The translations under genes and the position numbers were made by a program. The notes beneath the pieces were generated by a model, which was not told the DNA's origin, searched no databases, and saw only the letters and a list, made by a program, of their open reading frames with translations. Shown piece after piece: positions 34,896 through 49,559 of a stretch of DNA of 64,000 nt; the first letter of the stretch is position 1; each line of letters begins with the position of its first letter. The DNA comes from Octopus bimaculoides (taxonomy: Eukaryota). The DNA lies in NCBI RefSeq assembly GCF_001194135.2, contig NC_068986.1:109583052-109647051 (forward strand). The letters are read 5' to 3'.

Positions 34896-35198
34896 GATTG
34901 TGATTATCATTATTATTATTCAAAACTGCTAGTTGAAATCCAGTCTGGTCCCAAGGCCATATTCTAGGAATAAGGATCAGCTATCAAAACTGTCAAAATA
35001 TGGAGTAAACGTAAAAAAACATTTTTAGGGAAAGGGGAAAGTCAATTACACCAACCCCAGTGTTTAACTGGTACTTATTTTATTAAGCATAAAAGGTAAA
35101 GTTGACTATGGTAGAATTTGAAATCAGAATGTAACAGACAAAATACTGCTAAGCATTTTACCTGGCATACTAACAATTCTGCTAACTGGTTGCCTTAA

Positions 35199-35420
35199 CC
35201 CTTTCATTACCAACCCAGCTGAAACCACCCTTGGCTCTGTAGTACAAATGTCTTGTTTTCATAAGTTTTGAATTAAAATCTTCCACCAAACCTTAGTCAC
35301 AATTTACGTTCCTAACACTAGCTTAATGATAACTAAGTTGTTTTACTAAATTCTTTGTTACATTTAAAATTAATTGAGAGAAACACAGAGCATCTCAACA
35401 GAAATGTGGTAACGAAAGGG
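35199..35420. mobile_element. piggyBac-type MITE
   Basis: TTAA|CCCTTTCATTACCAA...GTGGTAACGAAAGGG|TTAA; same family as the pair at 57832-58293. Confidence 0.85.
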
Positions 35421-37232
35421 TTAACAAAAAAAAATAATGGTAATGATTGATAAAACCACACAATTTGAATGAGTGAAGTTGATTTGACTTAAAGCAATAT
35501 TTCACTTTTACTGATTTCACCAAGCCTGAGGGGACGAGACAGAAAGTTGGCTTTGGCAGAGTATAACGCTTATTATTATTGCCCACGCTGATACATCTTA
35601 ACATGACTGACTTTTTGGCAACTAAAGGGTTACATAATTGAGTTCAAGTCAGTAAGGATGATTTATTACTTGAAATGTTAGAAGTTTGTGTTTGGTGCAA
35701 ATACATTTTAGAATCAGAAGGTAAATCCGGGGTCAGTTTAGTTTGAAAGAAGTGGAAGGATTGTATAGGTTGGTTAGTGCAGTGTCTCTTACAAGAGAGA
35801 GAGAGAGAAACAGAGAGAGACATTGTAAAGAAGAAACTAAATTCTCTTTTAGTTTTCTTCCATTTATTTTAAAAGCTATCATATATGGAAAGATATCATC
35901 ACTGATTGGACAAAGTTTGTATTACAGATTTAAGATATGGCATAGCAGAAATAGAAAGAAAACTATGGAATTGAATATCATGGTTTGAAAGATTCTATTT
36001 AATATTAAACATAGCATTTCGGATGAAGGTTTCTAATGACAGCAGTCTGTGAGGAATCTATTTATATACCATTCACAGTTGTATCTTTGTTATTTAACTA
36101 ATGAAACAGTTTCTTAATCACAACAGTCTTAACACTTTTATGTAATGTAATAAATAATATACCCCACAGCCCTTAATAAATTTACTGGGTCACCAGAATT
36201 TGATCTTGCCTATGATAAAAATGTGATATTCTTTTATTCTTTCATTTGTTTCAGTCATTTGACTGCGGCCATGCTGGAGCATCGCCTTTAGTCAAGCAAA
36301 TCAACCCCAGGACTTATTCTTTGTAAACCTAGTACTTATTCTATCAGTCTCTTTTGCTGAACCACTAAGTTACGTGGACATAAACACACCAACATCAGTT
36401 GTCAAAAGATGTTGGGGAGACAAACACAGACATACAAACATATATATATATTGTTGTTTTTTCGTATATTCTCCTATATATATATATATATATATATATA
36501 TGCGATGGGCTTCTTTCAGTTTCCGTCTACCAAATCCACTCACAAGGCTTTGGTCGGCCCGAGGCTATAGTAGAAGACACTTGCCCAAGATGCCACGCAG
36601 TGGGACTGAACCCGGAACCATGTGGTTGGTAAGCAAGCTACTTACCACATTGTCACTCCAGCACCAATGAAAACTTTTATAAAAAATAAAACAATTCAGA
36701 GACACCATCTGCTTGAAAATCAACAGTTAAGTTAGTGTTAATATATTTAATATTAAGAGGGTCAATAAGTTAATTACAAATGATTATAACATCATAATAA
36801 AAGTGAAACATTTGAAATTATTCCTTGTACTTGCTGAAGAATTGAAAATAATATTAGTCCTTAACTTCATGACTCTTTTAATGTTCAGTTTTCTGTCTTT
36901 TGAGTTCTATTTTGTGTACTGTGCATCTATTTCTAGCATTCATTGTTGTCTTTACCCGACTGTTTGCTTTTTTTCCCCTCTTTTATTCTTTTCTAACAAA
37001 TCATTGTGCACCTGAACACTACACGATAAACTCTACATTTTTATCATTATAAATATTGTTTTGTTTTTTTTTACTTCCTTACATAAACTAGTTTGTCTTT
37101 TAATACTTCCTACATTAAATATGTGAAACAGACAAAATTTGTTTCCTAAAGTATGGTCAATTCCATACTGTTCTGTAAGCAATCTGATTACAAGAATATC
37201 ATTACAGACCATATTTTGCAGCTGCTGTCAAG

Positions 37233-37485
37233 TTCTCTCTCTCTCTAACTTTCTTTCTCTCTCTCTCTAACTTTCTTTCTCTCTATCTCTAACTTTCTTT
37301 CTCTCTCTCTCTANNNNNNNNNNNNNNNNNNNNNNNNNNNNNNNNNNNNTTCTCTCTCTCTCTAACTTTCTTTCTCTCTCTCTCTAACTTTCTTTCTCTC
37401 TATCTCTAACTTTCTTTCTCTCTCTCTCTAACTTTCTCTCTCTCTCTCTCTCTCTCTAACTTTCTTTCTCTCTCTCTCTCTCTTC
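37233..37485. repeat. Pyrimidine-rich minisatellite (ctctctctaactttcttt)n, spanning an N gap
   Basis: Repeated ~18-20-bp unit with a variable (ct)n run. Confidence 0.85.
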
Positions 37486-37519
37486 TGTGATACTGACAAA
37501 CAATTTATACTTTGACCAT

Positions 37520-37985
37520 CTCAAAAAAAGAGTTTACACGATGTGGGTGCAGTGTGTATGGGGAGAAGTGCACAACTTGTGGAAAAGGTTAAAAGAGGTG
37601 ACTGAAGGCAGACACGTATGTCAAGTAAGGGAAGACAGCAATGAAAGCTAGAATTACATGCATAACACACAGAATAAAACAGAAACGTAAACATTAAAAA
37701 GAGGAAAGGGTGCTTAAGTATGTCGGGAATAAAGTTGGTGAATTTCAGGAAGCATGGAATCTTTGAAGGATACAGCAGTGTCTTGACAACTAACTGCTAA
37801 TATGGGTAGTTTGTTCCGTGCTTTGGCAATTCTTGAGTGTGAAAGAAATGTTACTGAAAGTTATGGGTGCTTCAGACTTTTTGATTTTGTAAAATTGTCC
37901 AGGGATGGTAGAAGTGTTGACTTCCAAAAAAGTGGCCAAATTTGTTGGAAAGACAGTGGAAATCTTGTAGGCTTAGGTAAGAATG
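37520..37985 (-). mobile_element. Old CR1/L2-type LINE 3' remnant
   Basis: Reverse strand includes ttc aca ctc aag-aattgccaaagcacggaacaaactaccc, resembling the FFTxRxxxxWNxLP C-terminal motif; frameshifted. Confidence 0.5.
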
Positions 37986-39739
37986 TCATTAAATATGGAG
38001 TTACTCAGTCAAGGCTTACTCAGGGCTAAACCGTAACAAACACTTCAGACACAAGTTAATCGCTGATCTTCTAATCAGTATGGTCTATCTTAGACTAATT
38101 CCTTCAGCTGTGTTTATAAACAATTGGGAGGCCAACAGAGCTTGCTTACAAAACTAACCTCATGTACGAAATCTAAGATTCACTATGCACTCTTAGACTT
38201 ACTTTGCACTCTTACCAAGGGGTTTTAAACATAAATTAAGCCATAGATCTTTTCTTTTTTAAATGTAGGAGGTGGAGTAGTTTATTTATGGTGTAGTGAA
38301 ATAAAGCTGTTTAGGTCCTAAGTCAGTCTTTATCCAAAAGATCTTTGATCAAAAGAATTCAAAAAACCTTATGACTAGTCTGTCTTTCCAACTTTTTTTT
38401 TTTTTTTTGCAAAGATGGTTATGTGAATTCAATGATTTGGTTGCTATTTCTAGCAGGTCAAGTGACAAAAGATAAGCCTCCTTGATGGTTCATGTATAAA
38501 GCTGTATAGTAAATAAATAAATGAATAAATAAATAACCAGTCATGTGACTTGGAAGTGGTGGTCATTGTTGGCAGGGGTGATGTAATCAGGGTTTACTGC
38601 TACCAAAAACTTAACAGATCACTAATTCTGGATTAAGCTAGTTTGATTGATATGGATGCTAAAGAAATGAGTGATAATCATAGAATTTTCAGAGAGAGAT
38701 AGAGAGAGCATGTGTGTGTGTGTGACCACACGGTCATGACTGAACCCATTTTATATATATATATATNNNNNNNNNNNNNNNNNNNNNNNNNNNNNNNNNN
38801 NNNNNNNNNNNNNNNNNNNNNNNNNNNNNNNNNNNNNNNTATACAGGTTTAGTTATGGCTGTGTGGTTAAGATATTTGTTTTAAAGCCACATTATTTCTC
38901 AGTTCAATCTCCTTCTATGTCATCTTACTCCTTTGCTCAAGTCAACAAAGGTTAGTTAGTGGAATTTCGTAAATAACTATGTACAAGCCCATCATGTGTG
39001 TGTTTATGTATGTATATACACACACACACACACACACATGCCTGATGACTGCTGTTGCATGAAACTCAAGTTGCAAGAAAGGAACTCAGTTTATATTAAT
39101 CATATACTCTACACCATGTATTGAGTACTCTCTCTTTCATCTGTTGACAAACAGATTTTGAAAACAGACATCCACTGGTGTAGGAAGAAAGAATTGGTGT
39201 GCCAGACAAAAATATCCTGTTGTATTCCACTCATACTATTCATCTTAAAAAAAAAAAGCAAAACATGGAAAACACTGGGTAATGTAGTCCAGGGTACACC
39301 ATCCCTGAAAACAAAAACAGGATGGAAATTCTTTGGTTTATACATCCACTAGAACATGGCCAGTCTTTAAGCCTAACAACAACAGTTAGAGCTTACGTAA
39401 TGAATACTGTCCAAGGTTATACTTAGCATGGTTATAGACCAATGACTAAACAGGAAAAAAATTAAATATATTTGTCAGATAATTTGTTCTGAAGATTGAA
39501 AATGAGTTGAGGAAAGAATAAATCTCTAAACATTCCTCTTAATCCATTCTGCTAGATGTATGTCTTCTCACCACCACACTCACCTATACTAGACACAACA
39601 AGCCTATCCACACATCCACTGGGGTCTGTAGATGAGGAATGAATCAGTCTCACTTGGCAGTTTGAGTGGAGTGTTAGACAGGAATAAAAACCACCAAAGA
39701 GAACAGGATGTAATAAATTAACCTAGGCCTGCCTCCTCA

Positions 39740-39794
<55 letters not shown>

Positions 39795-41183
39795 GACACA
39801 CAGACAGACAGACACTTCCATCCTTGATTATAGAGGGACTCCTCTTTGACTAGGTGGGATGGTTGAATAGAATGCTTGACTGGAAAATGGAACTGTGATG
39901 AAATGGCAGCTAAGGTGATGGTGGGGCTGATATATCACAGACAATGGGGGCTTAGTCACTACTATTTAACCCCAGGTCAGACCTGATCAAGTAGACCTTT
40001 AAATCAAAGCTGTCCTAGCTACGATTCTCCCATCCCATCTCAAGATATAATGCCTCCAGTGCTACATTAACCAATGTGTCATTCCTTCCTCTAAAAGTGA
40101 GATTTAGAGGAATATTGCTTCTGTTTCTAGCAGGTTCAGTGAACACACAGCCCTTCCCTTTAGTGTTTAGTTGTCATGGCAACTGTAATTGCTGCTTTAG
40201 AAAAACAACATTGACATAAAAGAAGAAAAACAGGCAAAGAAAAGGACAAAGAAAGCAAGAGTAAAAACAAAATCTGTGNNNNNNNNNNNNNNNNNNNNNN
40301 NNNNNNNNNNNNNNNNNNNNNNNNNNNNNNNNNNNNNNNNNNNNNNNNNNNNNNNNNNNNNNNNNNNNNNNNNNNNNNNNNNNNNNNNNNNNNNNNNNNN
40401 NNNNNNNNNNNNNNNNNNNNNNNNNNNNNNNNNNNNNNNNNNNNNNNNNNNNNNNNNNNNNNNNNNNNNNNNNNNNNNNNNNNNNNNNNNNNNNNNNNNN
40501 NNNNNNNNNNNNNNNNNNNNNNNNNNNNNNNNNNNNNNNNNNNNNNNNNNNNNNNNNNNNNNNNNNNNNNNNNNNNNNNNNNNNNNNNNNNNNNNNNNNN
40601 NTATATATATATATATATGCATATTTATATATATGTGTGTGAGTGTGTATATATATATATATATATATATTTGTTTGTGTGTGTATATATATGCTGTATG
40701 TATCTCTTACTAGAAAATGCAAAAATGTATTTTAAAAAAAAGAAAAAAAAGGAAAAACAGAAAGGTGAAGAAAATGAAGTGTTTTACTCCATTTTCAAGA
40801 CAAAGTCACCTTCCCCACCACAACACACACACACACACACACACACATGTCACTTAAGCTTCAAGAAAAATAGACATGTGAGGACTGCAGGGTACTGCTT
40901 TAGTGAAGGATGGCCATTGAGGAGAAAGACAGGCTGTAAGGAGGGAGAGAGAGGAGGGAGAGAGGGAGAGAGAAGTGAGAGAGTGAATGTATGTGAAGGT
41001 ATGCATGCATGAGGGTGTGTGTGCGTGTGTGTAAGCGTAAAAACTCTTGTGTGTTGTGTTGTTGCGTGTATGCCCAGTCACAGATGTGTGTATATGTGTT
41101 TGTATTGGTATTTCGATAGTAAAAGCAATTGGGAAAAGAGTTGAGAGTGAAATTTTAGGTCAAAAATAAAATATATAATGACA

Positions 41184-41238
<55 letters not shown>

Positions 41239-41441
41239 ATGGAAAAGAGGAACTGTGAAAAACAGTGAAGAGAAAAAAAGACATAGGAGTGGCTGTGTGG
41301 TAAGTAGCTTGCTTACGAACCACATGGTTCCGGGTTCAGTCCCACTGCATGGCACCTTGGGCAAGTGTCTTCTACTATAACCTCGGGCTGACCAAAGCCT
41401 TGTGAGTGGATTTGTTAGACGGAAACTGAAAGAAGCCCGTC

Positions 41442-41493
<52 letters not shown>

Positions 41494-44400
41494 GTGTTTG
41501 TGTGTCTGTGTTTGTCCCTCCACCAACGCTTGACAGCCGATGCTGGTGTGTTTACGTCCCCGTAACTTAGTGGTTCGGCAAAATGTGACTGATAGAATAA
41601 GTGCTAGGCTTACAAAGAATAAGTCCTAGGGTCAATTTGCTCAACTAAAGGCAGTGCTCCAGTATGGCCACAGTCAAATGACTGAAACAAGTAAAAGAGT
41701 ATGTGTTTTTGCTTCCAAGTATTTATTTCCATTTGCGATCACAACCGTCACTGCTGCAGCTGTTTAAGCCCAGGTCAATTCTCACTGACCAGACGGACCT
41801 TTTATCGAAAGCATTTGAGCTACAAACAAACATGTCATTGTTTCAGCCATTGCAGATTTTAAGACTTCATTATCGAACATTTTCGAGACTGAAGGGGTCA
41901 TTTGAAAGTAACTGACTACTATTTTTTTACATGTCAAGCAACTATAAAGAGATGCTTTCATTTTAACTCTTGTGTGAGCATATACAGCAATCCCTTGCCA
42001 TATCGCGATTCACCTGTCATGGTTCACCTATCGCAGTTTATTATTTAAGCTTAAAGCACCCACTACACTCTCGGAGTGGTTGGCGTTAGGAAGGGCATCC
42101 AGCTGTAGAAACTCTGCCAAATCAGATTGGAGCCTGGTGTCGCCATCTGGTTCACCAGTCCTCAGTCAAATCGTCCAACCCATGCTAGCATGGAAAGCAG
42201 ACATTAAACGATGATGATGATGATGATGATGATGATGACTCTCAGTCTGCCCCTGCCTAGGGCTATCATAGAAGACACTTGCTCATTGTAGGATTGAACT
42301 GAAAACCAAATGGTTGGGAAAGAGACGTTGCTAACCACATAGCCACACCACTCACACTCAATAAATATAGCCTTATGCACTCAATACAACTTGTGCTGTG
42401 AAGCATTCCTATGATCAGCTGATCACTGTAGATCACACGGGGGGGGGAGACTCACACTGTATCACCCCCCCCCCCCCCCCCTACCTCCAACACTGATGAA
42501 CAACATTGCCATTATCAAGGCATGTCCATGTTCCTTTGCCCCCCTACCTCATCTTAGTATGTTTCCACCCTCTACCACCTCAATTAGATGCAGCCATGCT
42601 AACCAAGAAGTGCTTATTTTAATTTAACGTTTTCCAAGAATTTGCTTATCACTTTCCTACATTCTCTTGCCTCTGCCATCTCCAAAGATGAGATAAAGCA
42701 TTCCCTGTTTCTTTCTACAATTTGCTAATAACTGCTCTCTCTGTCTCTGTCTTTGTCTATCTCCCCCTCTCTCTCTCTGTGTCTCTCTCCCTCTCTCTGT
42801 CTCTCTCCCTCTCTCTCTCTCTCTCATAAATTTTATTTAATAACACACACATCACCTACACAAACACATGCAGACTCCAGGCCTTTGTTGTTTGAATCCA
42901 ATTAGGAGTAAGTGGCCAATGTCACACTGTTGCTACTGCACATAATTCTATAAGCAATCTTTTTTATTGCAGAGGAGGGGAGTAAGACAAGTGACCCCAT
43001 AAAGTTCATAGGAATTAATAATTTTATTTACAGGACTGTTTTGATAAACTGTAGCATTAATATTCTGTTGAGGTGGAACCAGCTGAGAGGAATAGAGAAC
43101 TGCCAGATTTGTTCATCTGCAATGTTTATCCAAAGTTGGTTTATTCTCTCTCTCTCTCACCAACCCCTCCTTCCCCACTCTCTCTGATGCACAGAGATTA
43201 TTCACTTTGTTGAAACAACAGTGGCCATGTTGTTGTTGTTGTTGGCACTCCGTCGCTTACGACGTCAAGGGTTCCAGTTGATCTGATCGACGGAACAGCC
43301 TGCTCGTGAAATTAACGTGCAAGTGGCTGAGCACTCCACAGACACGTGTACCCTTAATGTAGTTCTCTGGGATATTCAGCGTGACACAGTGTGACAAGGT
43401 TGACCCTTTGAATTACAGACACAACAGAAACAAGAAGAAAGAGTGAGAGAAAGTTGTGGTGAAAGAGTACAGCAGGATTCGCCACCAGCCCCTGCCGGAG
43501 CCTCGTGGAGCTTTAGGTGTTTTCACTCAATAAACACTCACAACGCCCGGTCTGTTAAATCAACTTCATTACTTCACTTGTACCTCAGAATGTGACCATA
43601 GCAAGATTTGAACTCAGAACATAGAGGTCCATAACTAAATGTTGCTAGGAATTTCATTCACTATTCTTTTAAGGATGATGGTGGTGGCAGTGATGTTTGT
43701 GTAAAATAGGTGTCATGTTGTTCTTAGAGTCTGCTAGATGGGATTAAGAATATAAAAATGTGTAATTCTATAAGATTTTGGCATCAGAACAATATTTAGC
43801 AGTTTTGTGTAAAAAGATGTTATTTCAAAAAAAAAAAAAAGATCACAAATATAGAAATCTGTAAAAGAATATTGAGTTGTGGTGGTGGTGGTGGGAATAA
43901 TGAAAGAGCCTCAGATATTCCACGTCTTTTAGACAAGATGTAATTACATTAGAGAAGCCTATCAGAAAATAAGGAAAAAAAACTGTGTAATCAATAATAA
44001 TGGCAGTAATTGTCAGGTGGATGTTTATGTAAACCTTCTGAGGATTTGAAGAAATTAACTGGAATCTTTGGCTCAAACTATTGAAACATCCAGATAAAAA
44101 AAAAACNNNNNNNNNNNNNNNNNNNNNNNNNNNNNNNNNNNNNNNNNNNNNNNNNNNNNNNNNNNNNNNNNNNNNNNNNNNNNNNNNNNNNNNNNNNNNN
44201 NNNNNNNNNNNNNNNNNNNNNNNNNNNNGGGGGGGGGGGGGGAGGTTCTATGGAAAAAAATCAACTTTCTTCAATGTTCATTTTGTTCGGAATAATTTCT
44301 TTTACAGACTTCAAATAGTTAGAATCTACCAAATTATTTGTCATGCCAAAAAACATTAAAGCAAGGTCATTGCCAGTGCCACTGGACTGGCTCCTGAGCA

Positions 44401-45978
44401 AGTGGCACGTAAAATACACCATTTTGAGTGTGGCCGTAGCCAGTACTGCCGGACTGGCCCTCGTGCCAGTGGCACGTAAAAGCACCCATTACACTCTCAG
44501 AGTGGTTGGTGTTAGGAAGGGCATCCAGCTGTAGAAACTCTGCCAGATCAGATTGGAGCCTGGTGCAGCCTTCTGGTTCGCCAGTCCTCAGTCAAATCGT
44601 CCAACCCATGCTAGCATGGAAGGCGGACGTTAAACGATGATGATGATGATATGATGTCTGTCATTGTCATCCTCTCTCATTTTCTGTTATTTTCTCTCTC
44701 TCTCTCTCTCTTTCAATAAATAAATAAATTCCTCCCAGAATGCCTTACCAATTCTACCAATGAACCATTCATGGTAGTTGATGATATTGGGTCTCTAGAA
44801 TAGAAACAAAGCCCCTGATTTGTGGGAAAGGCTCAATTGATTAAATTGACTTCAGTACTTGATTGAGACCTTATTGATCTCAAAAGGATGAAGACCAAAC
44901 TTAATCTTGGCAGGATTTGAACTCAAAGCCAGAACAAATACCAAAAGGTATTTTATCTAATGTGGAGCCACATGGCTAAGTGGTTAGGGTGTTGGACTCA
45001 TGATCATAAGAATGTGGTTTCAATTCTTGGACCAGGCAATGTGTTATATTTTTGAGTAAAACACTTCATTTCATGTTGCTCCACTCAGCTGGAAAATAGG
45101 AGGAATCCTCTGACAGACTAGTGCCCTTGCCAGGGAGGAGTTTATGCGTCAAAGAAATCAGGAAACTAGCCCTTTGATCCTTATGGAGTAATGTGAACTA
45201 ACCACTTTATCTGATTCTCTATCAATTCTACCAATTCACTGCTAATATCCAAGAAAAGGAATGTATCAATTCAACAAGCTTCAGCACAGTTTCTATCCAC
45301 TCGATTTTATTCTCATGGCTTCCTTTGGTTGAACCAAAGCTAGAAGAAACTTGTTAAATGTGCCAAACAATAGAATTTAACAAAGACCCATGTGGTTACA
45401 AAGTGTCTTACATCAATCTTATCTTGTATCTATTTACATAATTAATATTTACTAATTATACCTAACTAATTAATCCCACCTGCATCTATACAAATATTTC
45501 CACAGAGTCAGTCATAACAAGACAGGGCAGCAGTTTTCCTCCTCTTCTCTCAAAATAATAATCAAAAAAATTATCTTTTTTTTTACTTTATACTTTATAC
45601 TTTACACTTTATTCATAGGTATTACCATAATGACCACCTGCCTGATCATTACAATCATTAATATTTAATAATCCTTTATGTCGTTTATATAATTACTATC
45701 CCATCCCATGTCATTCCACAATCTCACAGACTCCATCCTCTCCCCACGTTCGTAATATTATCTCTCCTTTCCTCGGCTGATCATGTGCAGCCTCACCTGT
45801 GACATCAACCTCATTACAGGTGGGCTATGTCTTATCTAGGTAAGACTTAGAATTTCATATTACTGATTACGTCAGAAAGTTTACAACATGGAGTGGTGGC
45901 AGAAAAACCTCCTATATTTTACACATCCATTTAAGTGACACCAGTGAGGTTAGGTAGACAGTAACAGTGTCTTCGTGT

Positions 45979-46290
45979 AATATTTTACCGTTTCTTCCGC
46001 CGAGGTCGACTTTGCCTTTCATCCTTTTGGGGTCAATAAATTAAGTACCAGTTGTGTACTGGGTCGATCTAATCGACCGCCCCCCTCCCCTAAAATTCTG
46101 AGCCTTGTGCCTAGAGTAGAAAAGAATATTTTACCATTTCTTCCACTAAGGTCGACTTTGCCTTTCATCCTTTTAGGTTCAATGAATTAAGTACCAGTTG
46201 TGTCCTGGGGTTGATCTAATCGACTGCCACCCCTCCCCTAAAATTTCGGGCCTTGTGCTTAGAGTAGAAAAGAATATTTTACCATTTCTT
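45979..46290 (+). repeat. Tandem duplication (~147-bp unit) of a 5'-truncated family B SINE, bounded by three copies of an 18-20-bp motif
   Basis: aatattttacc[g/a]tttctt at 45979, 46125 and 46273. Confidence 0.8.
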
Positions 46291-47674
46291 AAGACAGCTG
46301 GCAGAACTGTTAGCACACTGGGCAACATTCTGTCCATCTTTGCGTTCTGAGTTCAAATTCTGCCATGGTCAACTTTGCCTTTTATCCTTTCAGAGCGAAT
46401 AAAATAAGTACCAGTTGAGCACTGGGGTCGATGTAATTGACTTACCCTCACCCCCGAAATTGCTGACCTTGTGCCAGAATGTGAAACCAATATTTAATTG
46501 GGTTTTTTTTTTCCCCTTTACTTAACATCATGGTTTGTACACCATTTTTTTACTGTGAAATGTTTATCAAGAATGGTGAATTTGGGAAGGCATCTTTTCT
46601 CTTATCACACTCTGTAAATGCAATGACAAATCTGCTGGCCATCTGTCCACTCTAAATGACGAGTTTCATCATCATCATCATTGTTTAATGTCTGCTTCCC
46701 ATGCTGGCATGGATTGGACGGTTTGACTGAGGACTGGCAAGCCAGAAGGCTGCACCAGGCTCCAATCTGTTCTGGCAAAGTTTCTACAGCTGGATGCCCT
46801 TCCTAACGCCAACCACTCCAAGTGTGTAGTGGGTACTTTTTACGTGCCACTGGCACGAGGGCCAGTCAGGCAGGTACTGGCATCGACCATGGTCAAATGG
46901 TGCTTTTTAGGTACCACCAGCATGGGACCCAGTGAGAAGGTACTGGCATCAACCAAGTTCAAATGATGCTTTTTACACGCCACCGACACGGGAGCCAAAA
47001 GTCCATTCTGGTTCCATATCCACAAAGGTCTCTTCTCTTAGCCACTAATCACTGCCATTAATGATATTTCTAATATCTGTGACTTCTTTTACTATATCAT
47101 TGTTTAATACAGGTTCAAACTCTCCATAATTTACTCTGTCTCCTCTGCTACTCAAGCTGCAGCTCCCTCTGTCAATGGATATGTTTTCTTAAAGCTGTTA
47201 CTCTTCCTATCACATTTTTGCTATAAGGGAGTGTTGTTCTTGTAAAGGAAACATGTGTAAGAAAGGATTTATCAGAACCCTAACAACTCTTATAATGACA
47301 AGGCTCGACCCACCCCCTGCTCAATTTAACCATCTTACTTTTGCAGACTCTTATTATTAGCAAAGTCCATTGTGACGCAAACCTTTCGGTCAGGTCATCC
47401 AGTCTGGGAACAAGTTCAAAATGTTGCTAATTCACTTCCTATAGCAGCAGCCCAGGCGTTATGGCTTCCTTCTTTGACACAAACTTTTAGAAAGCCTGCA
47501 AAATGTTAAGGGGCACTTCCCTTCTTTCTCTAGACCATGTTTGTGGGGAAGAAAAAAAAAGAGAGAAATAAAATAAAATCAGCTGGGTTCTTACTACTAC
47601 TATTCTTATACTATTACTACCCCCCCCCCCANNNNNNNNNNNNNNNNNNNNNNNNNCCCCTTTCCCACCACCAT

Positions 47675-47722
<48 letters not shown>

Positions 47723-48448
47723 ATCAAGTCAACCTGGCTTGTGTTAATTGGTTGTTGTTTTAGTGTGATGTGGTTTCCCCGATCACTTAACCATCTGGTC
47801 CAAAGAGCACTTGTATTTCTTCATAATGGACTCTCAGTTAGTAACCTTCAGTTCCCCAAATGATTGATACATTGTGTGTATATTCCCTCTTAATACACAC
47901 GTACACACACACATACACACGCACGCACACACCCTCTAAAGAGTTGCACAAAGTAAACAGGCTCGCACATCAGTAGTCTATAACCGTTTAATGTAGGATT
48001 TATCAGCATCAAACAACATTGTTATCTTCATATGTCAGCATAACTTAGTGAAGTGGGGGTAAATGTAAGTCTTTAAAACATTATTATATCAACATAACAT
48101 AGTAAGGTCAGTCTACCAAACGTCTCAAGTCAGCCTAACATTGAGAGCAATGTGTCGGGCCGACAAGACATATCAACACAGTTGCACTGCAATAGGTCTC
48201 TTAGTAGAGAAAAAAAACTAAAAAAATCCCCCACAAACATGAGGAAAGAATATGTTTAAACAACGTAGGTTTTCACTACTCACTACCCACCCTCTGCACA
48301 TTTTAATCAAACTTCCTATGCAAAATCCTTTAACTTGGTAGCAAGCTTGCAGAAATGTTAGCATGCTGGGCGAAATTCTTAGCGGCATTTCATCTGTCTT
48401 TACATTCTGAGTTCAAATTCCACCAAGGTCAACTTTGCCTTTCATCAC

Positions 48449-48530
48449 GGGCATAAGGCATAGTGGTTAAGAGCGCGGGCTACTAACCCCAAGATTCCAA
48501 GTTCGATTCCAGGCAGTGACCTGAATAATA
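48449..48530 (+). mobile_element. tRNA(Ser-like)-derived SINE head; tail replaced by a family C repeat
   Basis: gggcataaggcatagtggttaagagcgcgggctactaaccccaagattccaagttcgattccaggcagtgacc with A-box and B-box (GTTCGATTCC). Confidence 0.75.
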
Positions 48531-49559
48531 ATCATCATTGTTTAACATCTGCCTTCCATGCTAGCATAGGTTGGACGATTTGACTGAGGACTGGTGAACC
48601 AGATGGCTACACCAGGCTCCAATCTGATTTGGCAGAGTTTCTACAGCTGGATGCCCTTCCTTACGCCAACCACTGAGAGTGTAGTGGGTGCTTTAGAGGG
48701 CCAGTCAGGCGGTACTGACAATGACCACGCTCAAAATGGTGTTTTTTATGTGCCACCTGCACAGGAGCCAGTCCAGCGGCACTGGCAACGACCTCGCTCG
48801 AATGTCTTTTCACGTGCCAGTAAGGCGACGCTGGTAACGATCACGCTCAAATGGTGCTATTTACATGCTACTGGCACGGAAGCCAGACAGCTGCTCTGGC
48901 AACGATCACGCTCGGACGGTGCTCTTAGCGCTCCACTGGCACAGGTGCCAGTCATCAAATTTGGTTCAATCACGACAATAATAATAATAATAATAATAAT
49001 AATCATCATCATCATCATCATCATCGNNNNNNNNNNNNNNNNNNNNNNNNNNNNNNNNNNNNNNNNNNNNNNNNNNNNNNNNNNNNNNNNNNNNNNNNNN
49101 NNNNNNNNNNNNNNNNNNNNNNNNNNNNNNNNNNNNNNNNNNNNNNNNNNNNNNNNNNNNNNNNNNNNNNNNNNNNNNNNNNNNNNNNNNNNNNNNNNNN
49201 NNNNNNNNNNNNNNNNNNNNNNNNNNNNNNNNNNNNNNNNNNNNNNNNNNNNNNNNNNNNNNNNNNNNNNNNNNNNNNNNNNNNNNNNNNNNNNNNNNNN
49301 NNNNNNNNNNNNNNNNNNNNNNNNNNNNNNNNNNNNNNNNNNNNNNNNNNNNNNNNNNNNNNNNNNNNNNNNNNNNNNNNNNNNNNNGTTAAAGGAGAAA
49401 AAAGGCTTAAAATGTTGGTCTTTTACACCTGGAATCTCATGATGAGAAAAGAAAACAGAAAATAAATTTCTATTGCAATAATTGTAGTGAAAAAATCAGC
49501 TTGTATGATAATGGGTTACAGATTCCTTGGTCTTTTGTCAGCCAGTCTTTCAATGGGGA

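Noticed and set aside
45979-46290. CRISPR-like repeat-spacer pattern
   Set aside because: Eukaryotic context; the 'spacers' are homologous SINE copies.
48594-49442. Long ORFs such as 48594-49442 (282 aa), 40174-40722 and 26777-27463 read as whole genes
   Set aside because: They are made of repeat sequence, microsatellites and N runs. The family C '[16 protein letters not shown]' frame recurs at 24974 simply because the repeat recurs.
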